The notes beneath the pieces were generated by a model. The model did not search any database. It had not been told where the DNA came from and was given only the letters and a program-made list of their open reading frames with translations. A stretch of DNA of 64,000 nucleotides from Eledone cirrhosa (Eukaryota), in the NCBI GenBank assembly GCA_964016885.1, contig OZ024740.1:437472001-437536000 (forward strand). Direction: 5' to 3'. Both the position numbers and the translations under genes were made by a program. Shown in pieces: positions 37,255 through 51,145 of this stretch (positions are counted from its first letter, which is position 1; the number at the start of each line of letters is the position of its first letter).

Positions 37255-38960
37255 CTCAAAATTCCAAATAGGCACCATCAATGTGAGCACAATGAAAGGA
37301 AGAACAGGAGAAATTATAGAGATGTTGGAGCGAAAGGAAATTGATGTATGTTGTGTGCAAGAGACTAGAGGGAGAGGAGGGTCTGCTAGGCTCCTTGTTG
37401 GTAAAAAACAGTGCTGCAAATATTTCTGGGTGGGAAATGACAACGGGTTGGGTGGTGTAGGTATACTATTAGCTGACAAATGGGTAGATATGGTAATCTC
37501 AGTCAACATGGTAAACGCAAATATCATTAAACACAGACTAGTCCTAAATAAAACAATAGCTACAATTATATCTGCTTACGCACCCCAATCTGGGTTGCCA
37601 GATGAACTTAATAGGTTTTACGAGTCCCTAATGCACACTACCACTCTAACAAATGACAATGACTCTCTACTCATTGCAGGGGACTTTAACAGACTTAACA
37701 GACTTTAACGTTTGGAAACATAGTGATGGCTTCTATAGAGTCCATGGAAGCTACGGGTTTAACATAAGAAATGAAGAAGGTTACAGGCATCTAGAATTCT
37801 GCGATGCCAATGACCTGTCGATATGTAACTCAAACTTCAAAATACCCAACAACCACCTGATCACCTATAGATCTGGGGAGCATACTAGCCAGATAGATTT
37901 TATCCTTACCAGAGGAAGAGATAGATGGATGGTTGTAAACGCGAAAGCCTTCCCAGGTAAGGAATGTATGCCCCAACACAGCCTCGTAGTCAACGACCTC
38001 ACTGTCGGAGCTAGAGAAGAAATTCCAAACATGGAAGCAGGGACTAGAAAGAAACAGTCTCAAAGTCAACCTGAAAAAGACTAAAGTTCTCATAAGTAGA
38101 AAAGAAAACAGAACCCAGATCTCCTCAGGGAAATGGCCTTGCTCATTATGTAGGAAAGGCGTTGGTAGACACTCCATTCTCTGCCCCATATGCAAACTGT
38201 GGGTACACAAGAGATGTAGTGGGATCTCAGGAAGTTTAGCTAAGAATGTAGGCTTTACATGTAGCAGTTGCACTGGAACAGTAAGCAGCAAACGGCCACA
38301 GGAAACAAGTACTACCAAATTCTGGGAGGGCTCTGTAGAAACAGTAGACAGCTTGTGCTACTTAGGTGACTGAATTAGCAGTGGTGGTGGATGTCATGAA
38401 AGTACAGTAGCCAGAGTAAGAACGGGATGGAGGAAGTTCAGGGAGCTACTGCCACTGCTAGCTACAAAAGGCTGTTTCCTCAGAATGAAAGGCAGACTGT
38501 ATGATGTGTGCGAACGAACAACTACGTTGCATGGTAGTAAGACTTGGCGCTGTGTGCAGAAGACTTGCATAGATTGGAAAGAAATGAAGCCTGCATGCTC
38601 CAATAAATGTGTAATAGTAATATACGAGAACAGCGAAGCATAAATGAACTAAGAAAGAAGCTAGGCATAAGAGGAATCAAATGCTGTGTGCAGGAGAGGA
38701 GATTGTGTTGGTATGGACATGTGTTGCATATGAAGGATGACAGCTGCATAAATAAGTGCAGAGCGCTCAGTCGTTGGAAGCCTTGGGGTGGGGAGACCCA
38801 GGAAGACTTGGGATGATTTGGTAAAAGCCAACCATGCCCAATTGCACCTCTCAAAGGCGATGACACATGACCGGCATCTCTTGCGATACGCAGTAATACA
38901 GAAGACCCAACTTCCCATGAGTACAAGCTGAAGCATATATACAGTATGCCCCAACTCACT
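37255..38960 (+). mobile_element. Internally deleted RTE: APE endonuclease joined directly to the post-YADD region
   Basis: IGTINVSTM, VQETR, GVGILL, ISAYAPQ, IAGDFN, QIDFIL, PQHSLVV; at ~38008 jumps to ELEKKFQTWKQGLE...WPCSLCRKG. Confidence 0.92.
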
Positions 38961-40033
38961 TTTCCCATGTGTTCCTACATATTTCCCATGAATGATAATG
39001 ACTATCAAAATATGTAACTGAATCCTTCCTAAAATAAATTCTCCAAATTTAACTCCATTTTTAATTAAATTTTTTACTCCTTTGTTACATTTCTAATAAA
39101 AAACAATGCCTATAATGGTATTTGGAAGATAACTTAATATGATAGAAAGTTTTATGATAAATATGAATACTTTAAAGTAAAGAGCTATGTATCAGAATCT
39201 GGTTTATACACCATAAATATCTTTAATTTATACAATTAGTTAATTCTTTGAGTCTGCAATTAATGTTTATGGAAGTTTATTATTTAAACAATTACATACT
39301 GTTTTATTAATGTGTGCAGACTTGTTAAATTAAAGTATACGTTAAAGGAAGAAAATTATATAAAATCCATGACTTATTATATAAAATTATATAAAATCTA
39401 TTTTCTCTTCTGGAAAGAAATATACTTACTGAGATCTCCAGTGTGTTGATTTGCTTTCTTGGTTAGCAGCTGTTGTAGGATAAATTTGATACAACTTTAA
39501 AATATTTTATGAATTAATTATGTTTAATAAGGAAAACGTGGTGCATCCCTCTCAATTTTTCTCAAGTGGGTGTTACAATTAAGCCTCTAGATATTCCATT
39601 TCAGTTTTAATTCATCTTCATTACTTTTTATTTTCATGTGCGAGGATTCAATATTATTAACGTGAAGAACTACTTTCAATTTTCAGTTTAGTTATGATAC
39701 TGCTGATACAATCTCTTTTTTTACCTGTGGTGCTATCTGATAAATGGAGTGGGGACTTTGTTGATGCTACTCACAGCACAGCATAGGGCTATGAATTAAA
39801 GAAAATCTTCTTACAGTTCTTCAGCTTAGAGAGCCAGGATCTACAATAAAAGTTTGCAAGGTGGAACAAGATTACTAAAATTGAAGGAGGCTGAGAAGGG
39901 CTTTTTTATGATATTCACAAGCATCATCCTTCGCTTTCTGATCCTTGGACTGATGTCCTACCTAAACCATTCTTTAACTGTTTTAGTAATCAGTGCTAAA
40001 TACATCTGATTTATATATCAGTTATGTTTATAA

Positions 40034-40175
40034 CAGTCATGGGTAAACTTGGCCCGTTTGGCTTTCTGAATGGCACCCCTAATTTCAAAAGTGTCTTGAA
40101 TTTTTTTGTAGTGTGGCCCACCTTATGAACCACATGTTATGTGGCTCACTGCTTGAAAAAGGTTGCCAATGTCTG
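40034..40175. mobile_element. hAT-type MITE
   Basis: TIRs CAGTCATGGGTAAACTT / AAGGTTGCCAATGTCTG; 8-bp TSD GTTTATAA / GTTTATTA. Confidence 0.75.
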
Positions 40176-40838
40176 GTTTATTACCATGTTCATGTTGTGC
40201 TTACAATTAACAGAACAGAATAAAGCTACATGGTTACTGTTAATTTTGATTAGTGTTTCAGTGACTTTTCTAGCAAGTATATTAATTAAGTCCAGAGGTC
40301 TTCTTAGCTATGGAGAGAAAATAAAATATTATATTCTTACAAATTTGAACTGTTGTAGCTGAAGTGAAATTCTGTAAGTTCTTTTTTTAACCTGTGTTGT
40401 CACTGGCGACATTATGAACTTGCAATCAGTATTAAGTCTGTATTTTTATTTTTATAATGATAGAAAATGTTAATTATGTAACTGTATGTCAAACTAACAT
40501 CAGTTCATTTGAGTTTTGAAATCACAATTGGGATTAATTAGACACCAGGACTCAGATCTTTCAGTTGAAAAACTGATTCTTATCATTGATAACATTATAT
40601 TGGATAATGTACTCCCTGGTCATAGGAGAATGCCTTTGATCATAGAGCAGTTGAAACAGGGCTTACCTGGGGATAAATGACAAGAAACTCAAACTTCAAT
40701 TCAAAAAGATGTTTTTGCATCTTAAGTCCCTCTGCCTGAGATACACAGTGAGCCTTTAAGAAACCTAGACTAGTTTAAAAAATATATCACCTCATGAGGG
40801 TGTAAACACACACATACATACATATATATATGTATGTA

Positions 40839-40883
<45 letters not shown>

Positions 40884-41536
40884 ATATATATATATATTGA
40901 GAGATAGACATCCCCTTGAGATGTTTTATGAAACCATATCAAAATAAAACCACATTCAATTTCATCCTGGTAAACATATCTAATGGAAATTAATACTCTT
41001 GAATTCTATTGTAATTCCTAAAGGATGTTTAGTGAGAGAATAGAGGTAGAGAATAATAAAATGGAGACAGAAAACGCAATTTAATCTCGATTTCATTATT
41101 TTTTATGTATTTTACAAAAGATTTCATTTTTGTGTGGCATGACAATCAAATTTGTTAAATAAATCATTTTTTTTGTTTATTAAAATTCTTATTTTTATTT
41201 TAAATACTTCAATTGAATGTTTAAACATTTAAATTGAACTGATAAAATATTTAAGTTTTTGACTTCATTTATATTATTCAGTTACAAAATTGTTACCGAA
41301 TTATGGAATATATTTTATTTATTTTGTTGTTAATTAGATTCTATAAGTAAAAATCTAGATATTGTTATAGTCTAGTCTGATGAAAATTACATCTATAGAA
41401 AGTAGAATGGTTGCGAAATTCTTTGAGAAAAATCCATATACCTTCAGCATCTTCATATATATATAATATTAGGTGGTTTAGTAGATTCCTGATTTACTGA
41501 GGTGGAGACCACAATTAGCACTATGCTAGGGCAGTG

Positions 41537-41706
41537 TATATATATTGAAAACAAAACAAGGTTTCACATTAAGGTGAGATTTTGGCTTTGCCTGATTAAC
41601 AAATCTGCTGAGAAGATCCTGAGCCATCCATCTGTGAAACAGTCAGAACTATGTAGAATCAATAAAGACCTTAATGTGAAACCTTGCTTTGTTTTCAATA
41701 TATATA
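41537..41706. repeat. 39-bp inverted repeat enclosing a degenerate hammerhead-like segment
   Basis: TATATATATTGAAAACAAAACAAGGTTTCACATTAAGGT / ACCTTAATGTGAAACCTTGCTTTGTTTTCAATATATATA; spacer has CTGAGAA...GAAACAGTC...AATAAA. Confidence 0.8.
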
Positions 41707-43896
41707 TACACACACATATATATATACTTATATATATATACACATATATATGTGTGTGTGTGTGTAATATATATATATATATGAGAGAGAGAGAGAAATA
41801 AAGGGAAAGCACAAATGAGGGACAGTCTCCTCTTCATTTGTCTGCTGGAGGTCACCAACATTTCAACGCATTAAAGACAATATGTCTAACTCCAGTGCAT
41901 CGCTAACTTTTGAAAGTTATTGGGGAAGGAAAAAAGGTGAGAGAAGAAAAATTAAATAGAAGGGGACAAAAGAAAAAAAATGCAGAGAACATACCGATGA
42001 AAGGGGGAACATGAGGAGAAGCACATGTATGTAACCGGGAGTGAGAGAGAGAAGTCAAACCAGTGGCTGAACATAAGTCCGAGGCCTTATTGATGGCAAG
42101 ATAGGGAGAGCGAAGAAAAACAAGTGTAACGTCGGCAGGAGTAGGTGAAAAGCGGCAGACGATATACATATATATACATCAGCATGTGTCATGGCCTGAG
42201 GTCAGCTCATCACACCTTGACCAAGTGTCATATACTATGGCCTCAGGTCAACCCATGTCATGAAAGTAAAATGAGGAAGATGGAAATTGTTTGGAAGCCT
42301 GTCAGATGGACTATACATGTAATTCAAAGGGACAGTTTGTCACACACTGTGTTGTGCTGAATCTCCCTGAGAATTACAGCTTGTCACACTGTGTTATGCT
42401 AATCTCCCTGAGAATTATATTAAGTGTACATATGCCCGTATAATGCTGTCACTTATAATGTTGATTTTATAGATATGTTGTTCTGTTGATTGAAGAACTG
42501 CAGCACTCATCACTGCATCTGACTGAGATCCTTCCATGTTCCAAGCGTTAATAGAACTGCAGTACTCATCGTCGCAACTGACTGAGATCCTTCCACATTC
42601 CAAGCGTTAGTAGTACTTTAGAGTGGCAGGATCACTGGAAATGTAAAATAAACTTACAAACATTTAGTAACACACATTTTTAGTTTTTCTTCCTGAAAAG
42701 TAGACACCATATACTTTTCACAGCAAGAGTAAAAATAAATGTATTACTAAAATCACCATGCTGTGGTATCCGGTTTAGAATAGGTACTTTGCATCCCTAT
42801 GTGCATGTCATAAGAAGCTACTAAAAGGGCTGGTGCCAGGAAAGGCATCCAACCATAAAATGTTGCCTCAAATAGACCCCATGAAGTGTATGAAACTTGT
42901 CATGGGTTTCACAAGATTAACCCCTGCTATAGCAATAACCTTGAAACATTTGTAGAAAGTAGACGCCAAGCCAAAATACAGATCCATATGAGTAAGACAT
43001 GGTCTCCTGAATTGTTTCATAATGTGACAACCTGTCTAACCTGCATGAAAATGGACATTAAATGATGATGATTATATATATATATATATTATAGGGTAAA
43101 ATGACAGGAGGCCGGACAAGTTGTACTCCTTGAAATTTTTATTGCTGCAAACACTCTGCACATTTCAGTGGCCAGGTTACATATGAACCTAGTGACATCA
43201 TCAGGTACATATTGCATAATAGTTAGGAAGAGACAGAGAGAATGAAAAAAATTGTTGTTGTTGTTTTTTGTTTTTGACTCAGAGGTAATTGAATGCCTTA
43301 TTGTCATTTGGACGAATTTCCTCTGAGTGACTACTCTGTCTTGTTAGTTTGTTATATAGGCAGGGATTGCACTGTATATTAAGTGAGTCTGTTACTACTA
43401 ACCCCTGCCTAACCACAAATTTAAGCAAGTATATATATATATATATATAAATCATTGAACATTTGTTTTCCATCCTATCAAGGGTTGGAGGGGTTGCCAC
43501 ATCTCCCTGAAACACAAGAGCTTAATATTCCAATTAGATTAAGTATTTGCCTTAAAGACCATTTCACTACATGTTTCATCCTGTTGACGTAACTCTCAAA
43601 TTTAGTGGTCACATATCTGCAGTTGAACTTTGTTAAAATATTTATTCCAGTTAATGGGTTAAAAAATAGAGATTGGTTAAGAGTTTGGACAAATATTGTG
43701 ATTAGTACTTACTTTGTAATAAATCTACACCTGGTTTTCATACAACTACTATAGGATCTAAAATTCCCTGCTCAGTTGATTTTCATAACTTTATGATTAC
43801 AAATGCAAAAATCTGAATTGTTATTTAACAAGATTCAAAGTATGTGAAAAATGTACATTTTTTTAATCAGTTTAATACTGTTTTTATAATATTTAA

Positions 43897-44117
43897 CCCT
43901 TTAGCATTTACATCACTCTACATTTACTATTGCATTTTCACGCTAAACACTTTATTTCACATAATCATCTCACATAATATCAACTCTATGAGATTTTGAT
44001 ATTATTTATTTTGAGAACAATACCTTAACATAAGTATGAACAGCTGGTTACGGACGGTTTGGACCAAAAGAGGTGACAGAATTTTGGCCGGATTTGGCAA
44101 GTTTAAATGCTAATGGG
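43897..44117. mobile_element. piggyBac-like MITE, family 1
   Basis: TTAA-CCCTTTAGCATTTA...TAAATGCTAATGGG-TTAA. Confidence 0.85.
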
Positions 44118-45308
44118 TTAAACATACCACAGGAACTAAAAAGTGGATCAGTTTAACATTATTTAATCTATCATAAAATAAAGTACCAGTAATACGCTGG
44201 GATAATTGCTGCCCTTGTGCCTAAAGTAGAAACAATTATTTAATCTATCATTTCCAACAGAACCATGGCCTTTATCACAGTCAATAACCTCCAATAGTAT
44301 AATCTCAAGTTTGTTTTTCTAGGGTATATGCAAAGGCAATGTTTTAATTTTTGATCTATCAACTTGGTAAAGATGTAGATGACTTCTGAGATGTTTCAGT
44401 TAACCAACAGATATATATGATAACCTTATTAACAGTATCCATTTCCATCAACTCACATTATTCAAAACATCTTGTAGTGTAAAGATATTTTCATAGCAGA
44501 CCTTTCATAATCAATTTTTTCTACATCTTCCATATTTTACTGAAGCTGAAAACCAATTCCAATTGGTTCTTTTAGTTCTACAATTTGCATATATTTCCAA
44601 ATGCAAGACATTTCTGTTTCAACACATGTTTGTGATCTCAGGATTTGATTTGCACTTAGAATAGAAAACTTCTTAATTTTGGTTACATTTTAAGTATCAG
44701 CAATTGTGGGCTCTACTTCATGGGAAATGTTGACTCTATCCAAAATATCATCTCTAGTTATATAAACATGAATCAAGTGACATATTGTGGCCCTATTTCC
44801 TAACTGTAGTTGTACCAACATCCTTCATCTATAGGGTGTCTTTAATGAGTCTCATTTGGATTAATTATTCTTCAATTCTTTGCTAAGCTTATGCTGGTAC
44901 TCCAGTTACAATGGTGGTGCCCCAGCTTGGCCTCAGCCTGTCAGCTGAAATACACAGTGTAAACACACAATATCGAGACAGGGTAAGAAGCTGATTCAAA
45001 CGTTTTAAAATGGACACAAGACTGATCAATACAGATATGCACCTAGTTCATGTGACAATGATCAGCTGCACACACACACGGTTGAGTTTACAAATATTTC
45101 TACTTAGATGGGACACTTTAGCCCGACCATGTGACAACTACTTTATTGCCTATGACATGATAAAATGCACCCTGTTCACAAAATGATGTTTACCATGATG
45201 ATCCATCCAACCAGTGTCAGCAGGTATTTGTTCTAGATCTTTAAGTTCTCAATTCAAATCATGTTATGACCCACTTTGGTGGTAAACTTAATCCATCAAC
45301 CAGTTTAA

Positions 45309-45540
45309 CCTTTTACTTACCAACCCAGCCAAAACCAGCTCTAATTCTATTAAATAAAATCACCCATTTTAAATGTTTCCAGTTTAAATTAAAATCTTCC
45401 AATATAATTTTATATAAAAACCTTATATTAAGTTACTATCTTAGTAATGATGTAATTAATGATTTTAGTAAATTCCTCAAAATTCTTCATTAATTAATTA
45501 AAATAGAATGTATTTCATTAGAAATGCAGTCATGAAATGG
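45309..45540. mobile_element. Family-2 TTAA MITE (opposite orientation to 53377-53604)
   Basis: Aligns over its length with the reverse complement of 53377-53604. Confidence 0.75.
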
Positions 45541-48500
45541 ATAACACCACCATTTGGTCCTTAGCTATGGTAAAAGAAACAATATTAAAAGAAAAGGTAT
45601 TTTTTCTCAAATATAGTTTCAGATTGAAGCTATTTTACAAAGAGAAATTCATTGACAATGCATATTTTAGTAATAAGTCACCACGTGACCCTTAGGAGAT
45701 TTTAGTGAAGTTCACTCTGTTGCCAACATTCTAGCCATGTCTCCTGTTTGATAGTAAACCCCTTTACTCTCACCAACCATTCTCTGGTTGATCAATAAAA
45801 ACAGAAATAGCAAAATGCTGTAAAGATGATGACGCTGATGATGATATATGAACATTTGGGTCTATTGTCAAAAGTTGCTTTGCATGTTCTATAACTCTCA
45901 TTTGATAGCAAGGCCAATAGCCATGTGTTTAAACTCAATTGAGAACAATGATTATGATCCAATATACTGCTTACCAATCCTATTCTTAATGAACCAGAGT
46001 GGAAACCTTTAGTTGTATATCTTAAATCTTAGCAGTTTTTGCTGGTTTTGTTGCTGTTTTGATGTTTACATTTTTATCAAATATATTTTTCTGTAAATGG
46101 AAGTTTGGTTGCTAATGTGAACAGAATTGTGTATTTATGTGTAAAAATTTGATATTGAGCAGAAAAGGATAAGTTTGAATGGAAATTTGATAGAGAAAAA
46201 AAGGTGGCAACATTATAAAGTTAAGTTCTACATCTGGTGGGAGTCTATTTTTGTGTATTGCTGCCTGTTTACATCTATTTATCCAAGGTAGCACAGTTTG
46301 TACATTTTGTTGTATAATTATATGGATATTTAATATATTTCCTTAGTTTATATAGCAATTATTTGGTAGAATCTGAAAGTTAAAATATTTGCAGGATATA
46401 GAGAAGTTTCTTCAAAGCCAAGTTGTCTTTTGCAATGATAACATATGAATGAAGATATGAAAAATAGATGGACACATTTTCAGTTTGATTGAAGCAAATA
46501 ATATTCAGTCCTACAGACAGAACTTTATGAAACTAAGGATCTCTTTGATCAATAGTTCAGTAAACATTTTGATCATGTCATACATTGGTTTTTGTTTGAT
46601 CACTGAAGTCAAGCAACATCATTCTTAGTTAAAACATAGAGTAATCATTTGGAAAATCTACATGTTGTAAGCGCATTTTTAGACAAGCCAAGGTAATCTG
46701 GGCAAGAAAAGGTGCCTCTATAAATAGCAGTCAAACAGCATAAATAGTAGCCAAACTCCTCTTAAATCACACCCTAACATCTTTTTAAAAACTTTGGATA
46801 ATGTAGTCCTGGCTGAAATATCTCAGGTTGTAAACCTGCTTTATCAGTGCTAAGCAACAGCAATCCACACCTCTATATGTTCACTTGATCTTCTAGAAAT
46901 AGCAACCAAACCCCACTCAGATTACACTCTATTATCATTAAAAAAGAAAAACAAGGAAGTACACATTGAATAATGTAGAACTGTTTCACTTCCTGAAAAC
47001 AAAAAAAGAAGATAATCATAACCGGAAATTCATTGGTGCTAAACCTGGCCAATCAGAGCTGAAGTGGTTCTAAACAACAACAACATCAATCCATTATAAA
47101 TGTTTGACAATATATTTAGATTTGTTTTAAAATATTACTTCCACTTATCCTATTGATATAATACTTGTAGCTATCATAAAGAAATAAGATTCTATTATTC
47201 TAATATTCTGTGACTCATTCAGACATTCCATTAAATTTCTGTTATAAAATTTCTCTTATATTTTATTTTTCTAACTAATGGATTCTCAACATTGATAAAT
47301 ATTTTAACACATTTTATTTGTTTTGCATATTTCAAGTTAACTTTTTAAAGCACCTTTCCTCATCTCCATACTTTAAGCTTCATATCTCTCTATATATATG
47401 AGAGAGAAAGATTGTGGATATTATATTTTGAGCTACAGACCCACATCACAAGTTCAATTCATGTTTCAATCACTACTTTGAACTGTTTGAGCAATACTCA
47501 TTGTTTTCCTTCCATTTCCACACTTAACTGAGTAATTATTATCATGCTGGATAGAGAAATGTGTATACCAACAAAAGTTTTGAACCTATTTTCTCTGCTA
47601 AAACAGGGATTATACTTACAGGCTCCCTGACAAAGTATGTGAATGTGTATACCAACAACAAAAGGTTTGAACCCATCAGGCTCCAAGACAAATTGATCAT
47701 GGAGCAATTTTTAAGGCAATGTTTTCCAGCCAGATGCCTTCTGGACACCAACCCTGTATATTGCCTCTTATGAAACAGAAATTCGGTGAACCTATTGTAA
47801 CCTGGATACACATGAAATAGATGTAGTAAGAAACTCTCAGGATAGCTGGACAGCAGAAGGTCTTCAGAGAAGGAGCCCCCCTCAAGAGTGTTTCAGCCCT
47901 TAACTTCTTACACTCTAACTTATGACACATAGGAATATGGTGTACCTATTCTAACCTGGATACACATGAAATAGAATGAGTATAGTGACATATATAATGT
48001 CACTATAATATGTATATAATAATATATTTAATGACATCATTTTTGTTTTGGATAAGGTGAACTTCACCTTTCAACCTTTAACAGTTGATAAAACATAACA
48101 CAAGTCAATTCAATTGACTTTTCCTTCTCAACAAAATGTGTTGCTTTATTACCTAATCCTTCCTATAGCTATTATTCAACCAGCTTTCAGAAATTTTTAA
48201 CATTAATTAAGGATTTTAGTTAATATAAAGACATTTGTGTGTGTATATATATACACGTACTCACTCGCACACAGAGAAATCTGTTTTATATAATGTGTGC
48301 ATAAATTCATGCACATAAATATATATATATGTATATATACATACACATGTAGATATGTGTGTTAGTATGTATATGTATTCACAGAACTATACATGCACAC
48401 ACATGCAAGTCACAAGGTAGCATATGTTCTGCAGTACCTGCTGACATTACCGGGAAGAACATCTAGTTCTATGCATTCGTTTGAAACTAAAATGAAGCTC

Positions 48501-49504
48501 CCCTGCTGTCTTTGGTGAAAATTGAATCTGCCAGTGGGTTATTTGTCAAGCAACCACAGATGTTCTACTCCATGGGATTCCATTCACTTTGCAGGGTTCT
48601 CTTAGTTATGTGACCAGTGGCGCCGAATGCAAGATACTATTTGAACTACTTTGCCACTTGCCAGAGAGAGAGAGAAGAAAAAAAGAAATTTTATAAAAAT
48701 ACCAAAGTAGAAAATGTTGACTTGGAAACTCTATTCTGATATTTTTCTTATCAATTATTTTCTTAACAAACCCATTAAACTTCAGAATAAAGATTTATTT
48801 TCAGATAAAGACTTTTCTTCTAGTATATTTAATTGTGAAATATTTACTTTGGGAATAATATTATGCCCACCTCTCCCTCACCTCCCTCTTTATCTATCTC
48901 TTTCTCTATCTTTATCTTTTCATGTCTCTTTATCTCTCTCTCTCTCTCTCTTTCTCGATATATATATGCTAGCGTGGAAGATAGACCTTAAACGATGATA
49001 TATATATAGTTGAAAACGAACAAACAAAAGACAAGGAAGCAATTTTACAGTTATATATATATATATATATATCCCTCTCTGGCTATCTCTTTATCTATTC
49101 CCCCCACCCCCCCAATAAATTGAATATTTTAAGCTCAGTTTTTATTAAATTAATTATATTTTTCCTTCCTCTTCCTACTTCCCTCCCTTGAAAAATAATA
49201 CATATTTTTGTTATCACAAACTATAAGGAACTGGACAGCCCCCCCCCCCCCACACACACCTGTCACATACATTCTAAGACACACATTCAACATGTTATAC
49301 ACACACATACACATCAACACCTGCCACACACATACCCCCTAACACACATTCAACATGTCATACACACACACCACACCCATATGCACCCTACACCACACAC
49401 ACAACTTCTCACACACATCACATATACACATACCCTCACATACACACACACGTCCCCCCACCCCAGTTACAAAGTGCCAGGTTTATTGATTACAGAACTA
49501 CTTA

Positions 49505-49673
49505 GTGTCATAAGACTGTCATATATGTGATACTGTGTCATAAGACTGTGTAATATATATGACACTGTGTCATAAGACTGTGTCAGATATGTGACACTGT
49601 GTCATAAGACTGTGTCAGATATGTGACACTGTGTCATAAGACTGTGTCAGATATGTGATACGGTGTCAGATAT
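49505..49673. repeat. 32-bp minisatellite (GTGTCATAAGACTGTGTCAGATATGTGACACT)
   Basis: About 5 copies built from two related half-units. Confidence 0.88.
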
Positions 49674-50178
49674 GCAATAATGTAAATGTTAAAGGGTTAA
49701 GAGAGGGTGACATAGATTAAGATATATGACTTCAGTATGAATTTATAAAGAACTTGCTACGTGTGTGTAACCATGTAGTTAAGAAGTTTATCTGCGTTTT
49801 GTCCTCGAGGGTGATTCTGCAGGTGTTTTGTGGGGAGGAGTCAGCATAGTTGATAGTGACACCCCAGACATCTTGAAATTTTCCCAATGCTCCAACTATA
49901 GTAGTGAAGGGCAATCTCAAAAGTGTTGAACTTCACATGAACCTAACAGATGAGTTGACCGAGGAATACAGTAGTGGGGGTGGGGTGCTGGAAAAGATCT
50001 GGACAACCCTAGCAAGCATGGGATAATGGATCATGATGATTTATTTAGTTGTGGTTTCCTCTAAAAATACCAAGTACTCAATACACACTTTAGAAGTGTG
50101 TAGTATATATTATAATTATGTGTTGGTAAACCAGATTACTGATACCTATAGGATTTGGCTACTTAACTAACATTCATT

Positions 50179-50521
50179 CATCATCATCATCATTTCATTT
50201 TACGTCCGCTTTTTCCCTGCTTGCAAGGGTGGGACGGGAACTGATGCTGGCTTGATTTCTACAGCTGGATGCCCTTCCTAACACCAACCTCATTTACAGT
50301 GAGTGCTGGGTGCTTTTTTGCCGTGGCACCTCCACGACCACTTTGTAGTGGAATGATACGGACCCCAGTCCCTATCATCTCATTTCTACAGCTGAGTAAA
50401 CTGGAGCAATGTGAAATAAAGTGTCTTGCTCAAGGAAACAACACATCACCCAGTCTGAGAATTGAACTCACAACCTTTCGATTGCAAGGCCAATGCTCTA
50501 ACCACTAAGCCATGTGCCTCC
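50179..50521 (-). mobile_element. SINE family S1, full length
   Basis: Reverse complement of 61719-62107, with one fewer internal ~45-bp module. Confidence 0.92.
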
Positions 50522-50741
50522 ATTCAATGTGTTTATCATATATCAGTGAGTGTGAAATAATTAAATGAAATATGGTTGTCAGGGATATAGATGTGCTGGG
50601 CACTTTTCCATTGATGATGAGGTTGATCATGTTGTTATATATGTGCTGGGCACTATTGGTGATGAGGTTGATCATGTGGTTTTGTGTTGGGCACTTTTCT
50701 ATTGGTGATGAGGTTGATCATGTGGTTTTGTTGTGTTGGTA

Positions 50742-50850
50742 ATGACATCCGTTCTTTCTGACAGGTATCAGCATGTATTTCTGCTTCAGAGTTATCTCAG
50801 AGCTAAAGCAGAATCACCTGCTGACACCTGTCAAAAGGAACGGATGTCGT
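50742..50850. repeat. Imperfect 45-bp-arm hairpin (outer homology extends ~50686-50892)
   Basis: ATGACATCCGTTCTTTCTGACAGGTATCAGCA...TTCTGCTT / AAGCAGAA...TGCTGACACCTGTCAAAAGGAACGGATGTCGT. Confidence 0.85.
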
Positions 50851-51090
50851 CAAAAACACTACCACCCATGTCATCAATACCTGGTGCCCAACTCCTTTAA
50901 CTATTCTCAATCACCATTCCATTAAACTGAATATAGTTAACTGTCAACCATACAAAATATTTAACTAATGAAATAAACTGCTTTATCAACACTCAATACA
51001 GTATTTTATATTGTATTTGCAAGTTGTATTATGAACAAAATAAAGAGTGCTCAATATATCAAGTTGAGTAAATATGTTATATTACAATTT

Positions 51091-51145
<55 letters not shown>

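Noticed and set aside
49732-49920. IVGALG motif suggesting another R4-like remnant (likewise RKVL near 63270)
   Set aside because: Too short and degenerate to support a call.
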